Shown in pieces: positions 7,116-15,697 of a stretch of 24,000 nucleotides of DNA. The translations under genes and the position numbers were made by a program. How positions within the stretch are numbered: the stretch's first letter is position 1; the number at the start of each line of letters is the position of its first letter. Below the pieces are notes generated by a model. It saw nothing but the letters and a program-made list of their open reading frames with translations, did no database searches and was not told where the DNA came from. Where the stretch lies: positions 19,964-43,963 of the forward strand of contig NZ_JNKN01000004.1 in assembly GCF_000702065.1 (NCBI RefSeq), in the 5' to 3' direction. The stretch is from Kandleria vitulina DSM 20405. GTDB lineage: Bacteria > Bacillota_I > Bacilli_A > Erysipelotrichales > Coprobacillaceae.

Positions 7116-8651
7116 GTGGACTATGCTATTGAAATGCTTAATATCACAAAGGAGTTCCCTGGGATAAAAGCGAATGACAACATAACTCTTCAAGTCAAAG
7201 AAGGAGAAATACATGCTTTGCTTGGAGAAAATGGTGCCGGCAAATCTACCCTTATGAGTATCTTGTTTGGACTCTATCAGCCAGATGAAGGTAAGATCAA
7301 GATTCATGGTAAAGAAGTCTTGATTAATGATCCAAATGATGCAAATAAGTATAAGATTGGAATGGTACATCAACATTTTAAGCTTGTTCATAATTTTACA
7401 GTACTTGAAAATATTATTTTAGGTATTGAAGAAACAGGATTATTTGGCAAATTGAAGAATAGTGAAGCCAGAAAGAAAGTAATGGATCTTTCTCAAAGAT
7501 ATCACTTGAATGTCGATCCTGATGCAAAGATTGAAGACATTACTGTAGGTATGCAGCAGCGTGTTGAAATTCTTAAGATGTTATTTAGAGATAATGAGAT
7601 CTTAATTTTCGATGAACCTACTGCCGTATTGACACCGCAGGAAATTGATGAATTGATGCATATTATGAAAGAATTGATTAGTGAAGGAAAGTCTATTATT
7701 TTCATTACGCATAAGCTAAATGAAATTAAGGCTGTTGCTGATCGTTGTACAATCATTAGAAAGGGTCGTTATGTAGATACAGTTAATGTGGCTGATGTCT
7801 CTAAGGATGTCTTATCTGAAAAGATGGTTGGACATAAGGTAAACTTTATTGTTGATAAGGATGAAGCAAAACCAACTGATACTGTATTGAAGGTTGATGG
7901 CTTGACTTATCAGCCAAAGGGTGCCAATAAGCCGCTATTAAATAATGTTTCATTTGAAGTCAAGAAGGGTGAAATTGTCTGCATCGCTGGTATTGATGGA
8001 AATGGACAAAGTGAGCTTGTTTATAATATTTCTGGTATCGAAAAGCCTACTGCTGGGCATGTTTATTTGAATGGTCAGGATATTACAACAACTTCTATTA
8101 GAGAAAGAAATGATTCTGGTATGGCTGTTATCCCTGAAGATAGACATAAACATGGTCTTGTATTGGATTATAGCGTTGCTGAAAATATGATTTTAAAGAG
8201 CTATTATAAACCAGAATTTGAAAAGCATGGCTTTATTGATTTTGATGCCATGAATGCTTATTCTGATAAGCTTATTGAACAATATGATGTAAGATCAGGT
8301 GAAGGTTCTAAATCTATTGCTCGTGGTATGTCTGGTGGTAACCAGCAGAAAGCCATTGTCGCAAGAGAAATTGAATCTGATAGTGATCTATTGATTGCAG
8401 TTCAGCCTACTCGTGGATTGGATGTTGGGGCAATTGAATTTATTCATAAGCAGATTGTCAAACATCGTGATAGCGAACATGCTGTATTGCTTGTTTCCCT
8501 TGAATTAGATGAAGTCATAACAGTGAGTGATCGTATTCTTGTCATGTATGAAGGTGAAATTGTTGCTGATGTAAATCCTAAAGACATTGATGTCAAGGAA
8601 TTAGGATTATATATGGCAGGTTCTAAGAGGGGGATAGGTTATGAAAAATAA
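7116..8651 (+). CDS. ABC transporter ATP-binding protein, duplicated NBD (BMP/nucleoside uptake type)
   Basis: Walker A 'GENGAGKSTLM', 'VGMQQRVEILKML', 'ILIFDEPTAVLTPQE', and a second NBD 'IDGNGQSELV...MSGGNQQKAIVARE'. The start is probably GTG 7116, with an SD around 7102-7112, rather than the TTG at 7092. Confidence 0.94.
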   Translation: MDYAIEMLNITKEFPGIKANDNITLQVKEGEIHALLGENGAGKSTLMSILFGLYQPDEGKIKIHGKEVLINDPNDANKYKIGMVHQHFKLVHNFTVLENIILGIEETGLFGKLKNSEARKKVMDLSQRYHLNVDPDAKIEDITVGMQQRVEILKMLFRDNEILIFDEPTAVLTPQEIDELMHIMKELISEGKSIIFITHKLNEIKAVADRCTIIRKGRYVDTVNVADVSKDVLSEKMVGHKVNFIVDKDEAKPTDTVLKVDGLTYQPKGANKPLLNNVSFEVKKGEIVCIAGIDGNGQSELVYNISGIEKPTAGHVYLNGQDITTTSIRERNDSGMAVIPEDRHKHGLVLDYSVAENMILKSYYKPEFEKHGFIDFDAMNAYSDKLIEQYDVRSGEGSKSIARGMSGGNQQKAIVAREIESDSDLLIAVQPTRGLDVGAIEFIHKQIVKHRDSEHAVLLVSLELDEVITVSDRILVMYEGEIVADVNPKDIDVKELGLYMAGSKRGIGYEK

Positions 8652-9759
8652 ATCTGCAGGATTTTTTGAAAAAGATAGCACAAAGTCGGTTATCTCATCA
8701 CTTATCGCTATCTTGATTGGTCTTCTTGTTGGTTTGGTTATCATCCTGATTGCCAATCCAGCTGATGCATTAGAAGGATTCTTGATCATGCTTACTGGTG
8801 GATTCCAGGAAGGTATGCTTTCTTTAGGTGATGTTCTTGCGTATTCTGTTCCAGTTATGATGACTGGTCTTTCGATTGCGTTTGCCTATAAGACTGGAGA
8901 ATTCAATATCGGAGTACCTGGTCAGTATTATGTAGGTGCTTTTGTTGCATTGTTGATTGGTGTTAAGGCAACATTCTTGCCTGATGCTATTGCATGGCTT
9001 ATCGCTATTATCTGTGGTGGTCTTGCTGGTGCTTTATGGGCATTTGTGCCTGGTATTCTTAAGGCTAAGAGAAATGTCAATGTTGTTATCTCTGGTATCA
9101 TGATGAACTATGTGGGCTTATTGCTAGTTATTCGTGGTGTTAAGACTTTCATCTATGAATCAACTGGGGCTCAGTCGTTGACTGTTTCTACTGAAAGAGC
9201 TATTCCTAAGTTTGGTCTTGATGTGATCTTTGAAGGAAGCTCAATCAACTTTGGATTTGTGATTGCTGTGGCATTATGTATTGTGGCATGGATTATCATG
9301 AATAAGACTACATTTGGTTATGAGTTAAAGGCTACTGGATTTAATAAGGATGCTGCTAAATATGCTGGTATGAATGAAACTAAGGCTGTTATCATGTCAC
9401 TTGTTATTGCTGGTTTATTTGCTGGTGTAGGTGGCGCTATCGCTTATTTAGGTGGTACTGGTAAAGCTATTCAGATCAGTGAAGTGCTTCCTCCAGAAGG
9501 ATTCAATGGTATTCCAGTTGCATTATTAGGTTTCTCTAATCCAATCGGATGTATCTTTGCATCATTATTTATCGCTTATATCAATGTTGGTGGTAACTAC
9601 ATGCAGTCATTAAATATTGCGATTGAAGTTATCGACATCATTGTTGCAGTTATTGTTTATTTTGCTTCATTTACACTATTCATTAAGCTTATGCTTGATA
9701 AGTTTAGAAATTCAAAGAAACATAAAACGTTAGCTGCAAAAGAGGGAGGTAACAAATAA
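8641..9759 (+). CDS. ABC transporter permease (BMP/nucleoside type), subunit 1
   Basis: Polytopic, overlaps the ATPase by 11 nt. Contains 'MTGLSIAFAYKTGEFNIGVPGQYYVGAF' and 'GFNKDAAKYAGMNE', typical of BPD_transp_2-family permeases. Confidence 0.93.
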   Translation: MKNKSAGFFEKDSTKSVISSLIAILIGLLVGLVIILIANPADALEGFLIMLTGGFQEGMLSLGDVLAYSVPVMMTGLSIAFAYKTGEFNIGVPGQYYVGAFVALLIGVKATFLPDAIAWLIAIICGGLAGALWAFVPGILKAKRNVNVVISGIMMNYVGLLLVIRGVKTFIYESTGAQSLTVSTERAIPKFGLDVIFEGSSINFGFVIAVALCIVAWIIMNKTTFGYELKATGFNKDAAKYAGMNETKAVIMSLVIAGLFAGVGGAIAYLGGTGKAIQISEVLPPEGFNGIPVALLGFSNPIGCIFASLFIAYINVGGNYMQSLNIAIEVIDIIVAVIVYFASFTLFIKLMLDKFRNSKKHKTLAAKEGGNK

Positions 9760-10721
9760 TGAACATTGTCTATTTCTTATTTGCTCAGACATTATTATTT
9801 GCGATTCCACTTATGATTGTTGCGCTTGGCGGTATGTTTTCTGAACGTTCAGGTGTTGTCAACTTGGCGTTAGAAGGGATTATGATTATTGGTGGATTTA
9901 GTGGTATTTTCTATATGAACTTCATGCAGACTAATGATATCATGCATGGTATGCCACTGTTATTTACAGCGTTATTGGTATCAGCAGCAGTGGGATGTTT
10001 ATTCTCTATGCTACATGCCTTTGCGGCTGTTAACTTAAGAGCGGATCAGACAATTTCTGGTACTGCCCTTAACATGTTAGGTCCTGCACTTGGTATCTTT
10101 ATTGCCAAGACTTTACAGGATGGTCAGCAGAATATCGGCTTTACAAATGAGTTCAGAATTTCTTCTGTTCCTGTATTATCTGATATTCCTGTTCTTGGAG
10201 ACTTGTTCTTTAAGAATTTCTATATTACTACATTTATTGCGATTGCTATTTTGATCATTAGCTATTTCTTCTTGATGAAGACTAAGACTGGTCTAAGAAT
10301 TCGTTCATGTGGGGAAAACCCACAGGCTGCTGATGCTGCCGGTATTAGCGTCTATAAGATCAGATATCTTGGTGTTGGTTTATCAGGAATTCTTGGGGGA
10401 ATGGGTGGATTAATCTACATTCTTCCAATCTCAACTGAATTTACTTGCTCAGTTGATGGTTATGGGTTCCTTGCTTTAGCAGTATTGATCTTTGGTAACT
10501 GGGCACCATTAAGAATTGCTGGTGCAGCATTCTTCTTTGGTATCACTAAGACATTAGCTTATGCTTATGGTTCAGTGCCATTCTTAGCTCATTTAGCTTT
10601 ACCTGATACTGTTTATAAGCTAATTCCATATGTTGCTACATTGATTTTATTAGCATTCACATCAAAGAATTCTGCAGCACCACGTGCTGATGGGGTTCCA
10701 TATGATAAATCTAAGAGATAA
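9759..10721 (+). CDS. ABC transporter permease (BMP/nucleoside type), subunit 2
   Basis: TAATG overlap with the preceding gene; 'FSERSGVVNLALEGIMIIGGFSG' and 'RSCGENPQAADAAGISVYKIRY' are typical of the second permease. Confidence 0.93.
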   Translation: MNIVYFLFAQTLLFAIPLMIVALGGMFSERSGVVNLALEGIMIIGGFSGIFYMNFMQTNDIMHGMPLLFTALLVSAAVGCLFSMLHAFAAVNLRADQTISGTALNMLGPALGIFIAKTLQDGQQNIGFTNEFRISSVPVLSDIPVLGDLFFKNFYITTFIAIAILIISYFFLMKTKTGLRIRSCGENPQAADAAGISVYKIRYLGVGLSGILGGMGGLIYILPISTEFTCSVDGYGFLALAVLIFGNWAPLRIAGAAFFFGITKTLAYAYGSVPFLAHLALPDTVYKLIPYVATLILLAFTSKNSAAPRADGVPYDKSKR

Positions 10722-10748
10722 GAGGATGAAAATCCTCTTATTTTTTTA
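10719..10748 (+). terminator. Rho-independent terminator of the ABC transporter operon
   Basis: TAAGAGGAT-GAAA-ATCCTCTTA plus T-run. The stem includes the stop codon. Confidence 0.92.
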
Positions 10749-10951
10749 TAATGAAAATATCCTTGTTTCACAATTGCATCTTTTATGAATTTCATGTTCT
10801 TTTAAAAAGTAAAGCGCTTTTATCCTTTATTTTGTTTAAAAATTTAGTATTTTATTAATTATTTTATTTTAATAGGTGGTAAAATTGTGACATAAAAAAT
10901 GATGTTTATTACATTGCAATTTTGTTTCTTTCATCAAATGAAAAAGGATTA

Positions 10952-10979
10952 TTGACAGGCAAAGGGACTATGTTATAAT
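10952..10979 (+). promoter_or_regulatory. Consensus sigma-A promoter (TTGACA-16 nt-TATAAT) of the structured RNA
   Basis: TTGACA 10952-10957 and TATAAT 10974-10979: both hexamers match consensus exactly. Confidence 0.85.
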
Positions 10980-10985
10980 GTTCTT

Positions 10986-11138
10986 GACCTAAGAGCATAT
11001 ATGAATTTCCTACATATATTATAAGGGAACCTGATTGCTGACAGTGGTGTTGAAGACCTTCTTTAAGTAGGGATCCTAAAGCTTGTCACAAGGTGCCCAC
11101 CTGTACTTAACAGGGATAATCCTAACTCTCTTAGGTCC
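10986..11138 (+). ncRNA. Structured non-coding RNA, candidate 6S RNA (ssrS)
   Basis: No ORF; the predicted transcription start coincides with one arm of a 10-bp terminal helix (GACCTAAGAG 10986-10995 with CTCTTAGGTC 11128-11137). Internal elements include CCTGT-ACTTA-ACAGG and the 'GGTGCCCACCTG' segment resembling Firmicute 6S RNAs. Family assignment is from memory of the motif and needs a covariance-model search. Confidence 0.55.
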
Positions 11139-11155
11139 TTTTATAAGGAGATTTT

Positions 11156-11377
11156 ATGTCTAAAGATATGGATATGTTAATCAAAGAAATTAATGCTTTA
11201 GCAAAGAAAAGCAAAGAAGAAGGATTAACAGAGGAAGAAAAAAAGAAGCAGCATACTTTACGTCAAAAGTATTTGGAAATTTTTAGAGGGAATTTTAGAA
11301 ATCAACTTGCTTCAATTAAAGTTGTAGACCCTAACGGGAACGATGTAACACCTCATAGAAAACATAAGATTCATTAA
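11156..11377 (+). CDS. ynzC: DUF896/UPF0291 family protein (YnzC-like)
   Basis: 73 aa, 'INALAKKSKEEGLTEEEKKKQHTLRQKYLEIFRGNFRNQL...VVDPNGNDVTP' is diagnostic. SD AAGGAG at 11145-11150; upstream of tkt as in B. subtilis. Confidence 0.95.
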   Translation: MSKDMDMLIKEINALAKKSKEEGLTEEEKKKQHTLRQKYLEIFRGNFRNQLASIKVVDPNGNDVTPHRKHKIH

Positions 11378-11440
11378 TAGGAAAACGCGATTATTGTAAA
11401 TATAACATTGAATGAGTAGAATTGGGGGACAAACGTACAC

Positions 11441-13414
11441 ATGAATTCGCAACTATCTATTGCAACGATTAGATCGTTAAACATTGATATGATCAACAAG
11501 GCTAAGTCTGGACATCCAGGTATGGCAATTGGATCAGCACCAGCATTATACACATTATTTACTAAGGAATTGAAAGTATTCCCAGAAGTTTCAAAATGGC
11601 AGAATAGAGACCGTTTTGTTTTAGCAAGTGGGCATGCAAGTGCTTTATTATACAGCTTATTGCATTTATCTGGTTATGATTTAACTATGGATGATTTAAA
11701 GCAGTTCAGACAGTGGAACTCACGTACACCAGGGCATCCTGAAATTAATGTTACTGATGGTGTTGATGCTTCATCTGGGCCATTAGGACAGGGTATTCCT
11801 ATGGCAATTGGTATGGCTATGGCTGAAAAGTTCTTAGCTGAAAAGTTTAACAAGGAAGACGCTGATATCGTTGATCATTATACATATGCATTATGTGGCG
11901 ATGGTGATATGCAGGAAGGTGTAACTTACGAAGCATCTTCATTAGCAGGACATCTTTCTTTAGGAAAGCTTATTGTTATTTATGATGCAAATAATGTCAC
12001 ATTGGATGGTCCTCTATCATACTCATTTAGTGAAGATGTTAAGAAAAGATATGAAGCCATGAACTGGCAGGTTATTGAAGTCAGCGATGGTGAAGATACA
12101 GTATCTCTTCATAAGGCTATTAAAAAAGCTAAGCGTGAAACATTTAAACCTTCTATTATTATCATGAAGACAGTTATTGGTAGAGGTTCTAAGAACGAAG
12201 GAACTAATGCTGTTCATGGCGCACCATTAGGTAGTGAAGATGGTAAGAATGCTAAATTATCTTATGGATTTGATCATGATGAATTCTTTGTACCTGAAGA
12301 AGTTTATGATGACTTCAAGGACAATGTGTTCAACAGAGGTAAACGTGCTTATAGTAAATGGGAAAGTACTTTAGAAGAATATAAAGAAAAGTATCCTGAA
12401 GATTATAAGCTTTATAATGATGCTATTGAAGGACGTTTCACATTAGCATATGATGAATTGTTAAAACAGTTCCCATATGGTTCTGCTGAAGCAACAAGAA
12501 ATGTATCATTGAAGATTATTCAGGAAGTAGCTGCACAGAATCCTACATTCTTGTCAGGAACTGCTGATTTGGCTTCTTCTACTAAAACTACAATTGCTAA
12601 TGAAAATAGATATTCATGTGAAGACTATAGCGGAAGAAACTTATACTTTGGTATCAGAGAATTCGCAATGGTTGCTATCATGAATGGTATGACTTTACAC
12701 AAGGGTGTGAAGATTGCAGCCGGTGGTTTCTTAGTATTCAGTGATTATTTCAAGGCTGCTGCACGTATGGCATGTTTAATGGAATTGCCAATCATACTTC
12801 CATTATCACATGACAGTATTGCTGTTGGTGAAGATGGTCCAACACATCAGCCAGTGGAACAGTTAGCAATGCTTAGATCAATGGTAGGAATGAGAGTCTT
12901 AAGACCTGCTGATGCTAATGAAATGTGTGCAGCATGGAAACTTGCAATTGAATCTACTAAGAATCCTACAGCATTGATTCTTACAAGACAGGGTGTTGAT
13001 AATATTACTAATGCGACTTTTGAAAATGTATCAAAGGGTGCTTATGTTGTTTCTAAGGAAGAAACTGAATTATCTGGTATTATCATTGCTTCTGGTTCTG
13101 AAGTTGGATTAGCTGTTAAAGCTCAGAAAGCATTATTTGAACAGGGTGATCGTGGGGTAAGAGTTGTTTCTATGCCTTCACAGGAATTATTCGATGCACA
13201 AAGCGTTGAATATAAAGAATCTGTATTGCCAAATGCTACTAGAAAGAGATTAGCTGTAGAAATGGCATCTCCATTTGGATGGCATAAATATGTTGGCTTA
13301 GATGGTAAAGTATTATCTGTCAATACATTTGGTGCAAGTGCTCCAGCAAGCAAGGTCATTGAAGAATATGGCTTTACAGTAGATAATGTTGTTGAAACTT
13401 ATCGTTCATTATAA
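11441..13414 (+). CDS. tkt: Transketolase
   Basis: 657 aa with 'NIDMINKAKSGHPGMAIGSAPALYTLF', 'CGDGDMQEGVTYEASSLAGHLSLGKLIVIYDANN' and 'LPIILPLSHDSIAVGEDGPTHQPVEQLAMLRS'. Confidence 0.98.
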   Translation: MNSQLSIATIRSLNIDMINKAKSGHPGMAIGSAPALYTLFTKELKVFPEVSKWQNRDRFVLASGHASALLYSLLHLSGYDLTMDDLKQFRQWNSRTPGHPEINVTDGVDASSGPLGQGIPMAIGMAMAEKFLAEKFNKEDADIVDHYTYALCGDGDMQEGVTYEASSLAGHLSLGKLIVIYDANNVTLDGPLSYSFSEDVKKRYEAMNWQVIEVSDGEDTVSLHKAIKKAKRETFKPSIIIMKTVIGRGSKNEGTNAVHGAPLGSEDGKNAKLSYGFDHDEFFVPEEVYDDFKDNVFNRGKRAYSKWESTLEEYKEKYPEDYKLYNDAIEGRFTLAYDELLKQFPYGSAEATRNVSLKIIQEVAAQNPTFLSGTADLASSTKTTIANENRYSCEDYSGRNLYFGIREFAMVAIMNGMTLHKGVKIAAGGFLVFSDYFKAAARMACLMELPIILPLSHDSIAVGEDGPTHQPVEQLAMLRSMVGMRVLRPADANEMCAAWKLAIESTKNPTALILTRQGVDNITNATFENVSKGAYVVSKEETELSGIIIASGSEVGLAVKAQKALFEQGDRGVRVVSMPSQELFDAQSVEYKESVLPNATRKRLAVEMASPFGWHKYVGLDGKVLSVNTFGASAPASKVIEEYGFTVDNVVETYRSL

Positions 13415-13422
13415 AATAGACT

Positions 13423-13456
13423 AAGATGAATCTAATATTAGATTCATCTTTTGTTT
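13423..13456 (+). terminator. Rho-independent terminator after tkt
   Basis: AAGATGAATCTA-ATAT-TAGATTCATCTT followed by TTGTTTT. Confidence 0.85.
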
Positions 13457-13506
13457 TACAAACGGTTTCAACAATGATATAATTAAAACACTCATGGAGG
13501 TGTATT

Positions 13507-13716
13507 ATGTCAACTTTTATTACGACTTTTATAGCGTGTATTATAACAGCAGTTGTTGTATTCTTCTTTTCTAGATGGATGTTCAAGAATGAACTTAAGA
13601 AAAATCCACCTATCAATGAAAAGATGATCCGTGCTATGTTTAGAGAAATGGGACGTAAACCTAACGAAGCACAGATTAGACGTATTATGAAAAACATTAA
13701 TGACTCATATAAATAA
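13507..13716 (+). CDS. yneF: UPF0154 family membrane protein (YneF-like)
   Basis: 69 aa, one N-terminal TM helix then 'NPPINEKMIRAMFREMGRKPNEAQIRRIMKNI'. SD GGAGG, downstream of tkt as in B. subtilis. Confidence 0.92.
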   Translation: MSTFITTFIACIITAVVVFFFSRWMFKNELKKNPPINEKMIRAMFREMGRKPNEAQIRRIMKNINDSYK

Positions 13717-13735
13717 GGGGAATCCCTTATTTTTA
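13711..13735 (+). terminator. Stem-loop/terminator between yneF and the histidine phosphatase gene
   Basis: AAATAAGGG-GAAT-CCCTTATTT followed by TT. It includes the yneF stop codon. Confidence 0.65.
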
Positions 13736-13741
13736 TTTGGT

Positions 13742-14371
13742 ATGAAGATTTATATTACAAGACATTCCCGTACAAAGTGGAATGAAGAAAAACGTCTTCA
13801 GGGAAGAGAAGATTCTCCTTTAACTGAAGATGGTATCAAGAATATTTACGCATTAAAAGATCACATTAAAGATCTACATGTTGATCGTATTTATTCTAGT
13901 CCCATTAAAAGAGCATTAACAACAGCCCAAATGCTGTTCCCTGAAAGAGAAATCACTGTAGATGATCGTATTCAGGAAATGTGTTTTGGTATTTATGAAG
14001 GTATTCATTTTAATGAAATGCCTGAAGATATGAAACATGATTATGATGTTCTTTGGAATCATCCAGAAATTTCATCGGGCTTACCTGGTGGAGAATCATA
14101 TGATGAAATTGAAAACAGATTACATTCTTTTATTGATGATATCAAAAAGAAAGATGGAGATATCTTCATCGTCACTCATGGTTTCTGTTTTACTGTTCTT
14201 GTTTCATTGCTTTTAGGTTATGAGAGAAAGGATTATGTAAAGATCAATAAACAGATTGTCAATGGCTGTTCATTAACGATATTTGATTATGATGGATCAT
14301 TCCACATGGAAGCATACGGGCAAAATGATTTTCTTCCTGTAGTTTCAAAAGAAGCTTTTATTAAACAGTAA
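13742..14371 (+). CDS. Histidine phosphatase family protein (phosphoglycerate mutase-like)
   Basis: 'MKIYITRHSRTKWNEEKRLQGREDSPLTEDG', 'SSPIKRALTTAQ' and 'FIVTHGFCFTVLV'. The homology-consistent start is 13742; the supplied ORF starts at 13700 in the same frame. Confidence 0.9.
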   Translation: MKIYITRHSRTKWNEEKRLQGREDSPLTEDGIKNIYALKDHIKDLHVDRIYSSPIKRALTTAQMLFPEREITVDDRIQEMCFGIYEGIHFNEMPEDMKHDYDVLWNHPEISSGLPGGESYDEIENRLHSFIDDIKKKDGDIFIVTHGFCFTVLVSLLLGYERKDYVKINKQIVNGCSLTIFDYDGSFHMEAYGQNDFLPVVSKEAFIKQ

Positions 14372-14400
14372 AGAAATCCCCTAATTGGGGATTTCTTTTA
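14370..14400. terminator. Rho-independent terminator after the histidine phosphatase gene
   Basis: AAAGAAATCCCC-TAATT-GGGGATTTCTTT plus T-rich tail. Confidence 0.85.
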
Positions 14401-14925
14401 GTTTCTTAGGTTCTTCTTTTTGTTTAATTGCTTTCTGAATGTTTTTATTATCTCCCCAATGATCTAGCTTACGTTCTTTGATAAAAGGCAAGATAGCATC
14501 ATACTGTGTTGCAAAATGCCAGGCAATCATAATGTTGATGAGGCTACGAGTTTAGGGTATTTAATGTTAAAGTCTTCATCTAGAAAATAGCACATAAGAC
14601 AAGCAATGGAAAAGCGAAGAGTATGGACTTCATTGGAATTGAGCCATTCTTTAATATAAGGCAGAAGTTCATTTTTATATTTCTTGAATGCTTTTATATT
14701 AAGCTGATTACAGGTTGTCCAGTTGTTTACATAGGGAAGGAAGATATTGGCTTGTCTGATGGCTTCATGAAAGTCTTTTGTTTCTGATATCATGAAGGCA
14801 TGAAGCTGATTTTCATCGTAATAGTGATGTGGCAGATGTGTTAGGAATAAACTGTGTTCATCACTTTTAAGCGGTTTTGCATGAAGATCTTGCAGCTTAA
14901 AGAGTTCATCATGTATATTTTGGCA
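14381..14925 (-). pseudogene. Decayed DNA alkylation repair (AlkD-like/COG4912) gene
   Basis: The minus strand encodes '...IHDELFKLQD...HLPHHYYDENQLHAFMIS...FLPYVNNWTTCNQLNIKAFKKYKNELLPYIKEWLNSNEVHTLRFSIACLMCYFLDEDFN'. After a frame change near 14527-14535 it continues as 'INIMIAWHFATQYDAILPFIKERKLDHWGDNKNIQKAIKQ', matching AlkD-family C-terminal motifs. No start codon or SD in the expected frame, and the N-terminal region looks internally deleted. Confidence 0.7.
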
Positions 14926-14951
14926 TAAAAAAATGACTCCTATAGGAGTCA
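14925..14951 (-). terminator. Rho-independent terminator of plsY
   Basis: On the minus strand, TGACTCC-TATA-GGAGTCA followed by TTTTTT. Confidence 0.88.
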
Positions 14952-14959
14952 AATTTATT

Positions 14960-15589
14960 TTAAAGCCATTGCACTTTACTTTCCGTTCCATTCTTGATTC
15001 GACTGATATTGGCATGATGCTTGTAGACAATAAGCGCCGAAATGACAAAGTTGGTAATGATTCCAACTGTACTATAATGCCAATGTGGTGGAATAAGTCC
15101 GATGAATGGTGCAATAATAGCAACAGACACAGAACCGATGATGGATGAAAGTGAGACATACTTAGTTGTTTTTAATGTAAACATGAAGACACATACAGCG
15201 AAAATAAATGCGTAGATGTTAGTCATCAATGTATAGGCGATAGCGGAAGACACGCCTTTGCCGCCTTTAAATCCTGCAAATATTGGGTAGCAGTGACCGA
15301 TGATACATGCGAGTGCAGAAAAGTAGAATAAGTCATCAGATAGGTTGAAATGCGCAGCTAACAATCTTGTAATAAGAATTGCGACGATACATTTTGTACC
15401 ATCAAGAAGAATGACTGCAGCTCCTGCTTTTTTTCCAAGCACTCTTCCTGCATTTGTTCCTCCTAGATTTCCTGAACCTTTTGTACGGACGTCGGTATTG
15501 TAGAATACTTTACCAATGACAAGCGCAAAGGGTACAGAACCATACAAGTATGCCATAATAAGACATAAAACGGATATTAAGATATTCAT
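14960..15589 (-). CDS. plsY: Glycerol-3-phosphate acyltransferase PlsY
   Basis: 'YLYGSVPFALVIGKVFYNTDVRTKGSGNLGGTNAGRVLGKKAG' and 'IIGHCYPIFAGFKGGKGVSSA'; SD GAGGTG on the minus strand. Confidence 0.97.
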   Translation of the reverse strand: MNILISVLCLIMAYLYGSVPFALVIGKVFYNTDVRTKGSGNLGGTNAGRVLGKKAGAAVILLDGTKCIVAILITRLLAAHFNLSDDLFYFSALACIIGHCYPIFAGFKGGKGVSSAIAYTLMTNIYAFIFAVCVFMFTLKTTKYVSLSSIIGSVSVAIIAPFIGLIPPHWHYSTVGIITNFVISALIVYKHHANISRIKNGTESKVQWL

Positions 15590-15664
15590 AGTGTCACCTC
15601 AAGAAAACATTATACATATATTAAATAGAAATGCAAAGTAGAATATGCAAATAGATTTCGTTTA

Positions 15665-15673
15665 TGATATAAT
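15665..15673 (+). promoter_or_regulatory. Extended -10 element (TGATATAAT) upstream of parE
   Basis: TATAAT at 15668-15673 with TG at 15665-15666. The -35 is weak. Confidence 0.5.
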
Positions 15674-15697
15674 AGAGCAGTTAATGGAGGAGGTTTA

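Noticed and set aside
7077-7391. Minus-strand ORFs 7077-7391, 7502-7756 and 7950-8153
   Set aside because: Antisense to the strongly conserved ABC ATPase, with no recognised homology.
10862-10925. Possible inverted repeat AAAATTG...CAATTTT upstream of the ncRNA promoter
   Set aside because: Short AT-rich arms with a loop of about 30 nt are expected by chance in this composition.
12023-12217. Antisense ORFs in tkt (12023-12217 and 13123-13359) and 13374-13697
   Set aside because: Shadow ORFs opposite tkt and yneF, and the latter also reads through the tkt terminator.
14933-15148. 71-aa + strand ORF opposite plsY
   Set aside because: Antisense to plsY; it starts in the plsY terminator hairpin and has no homology.
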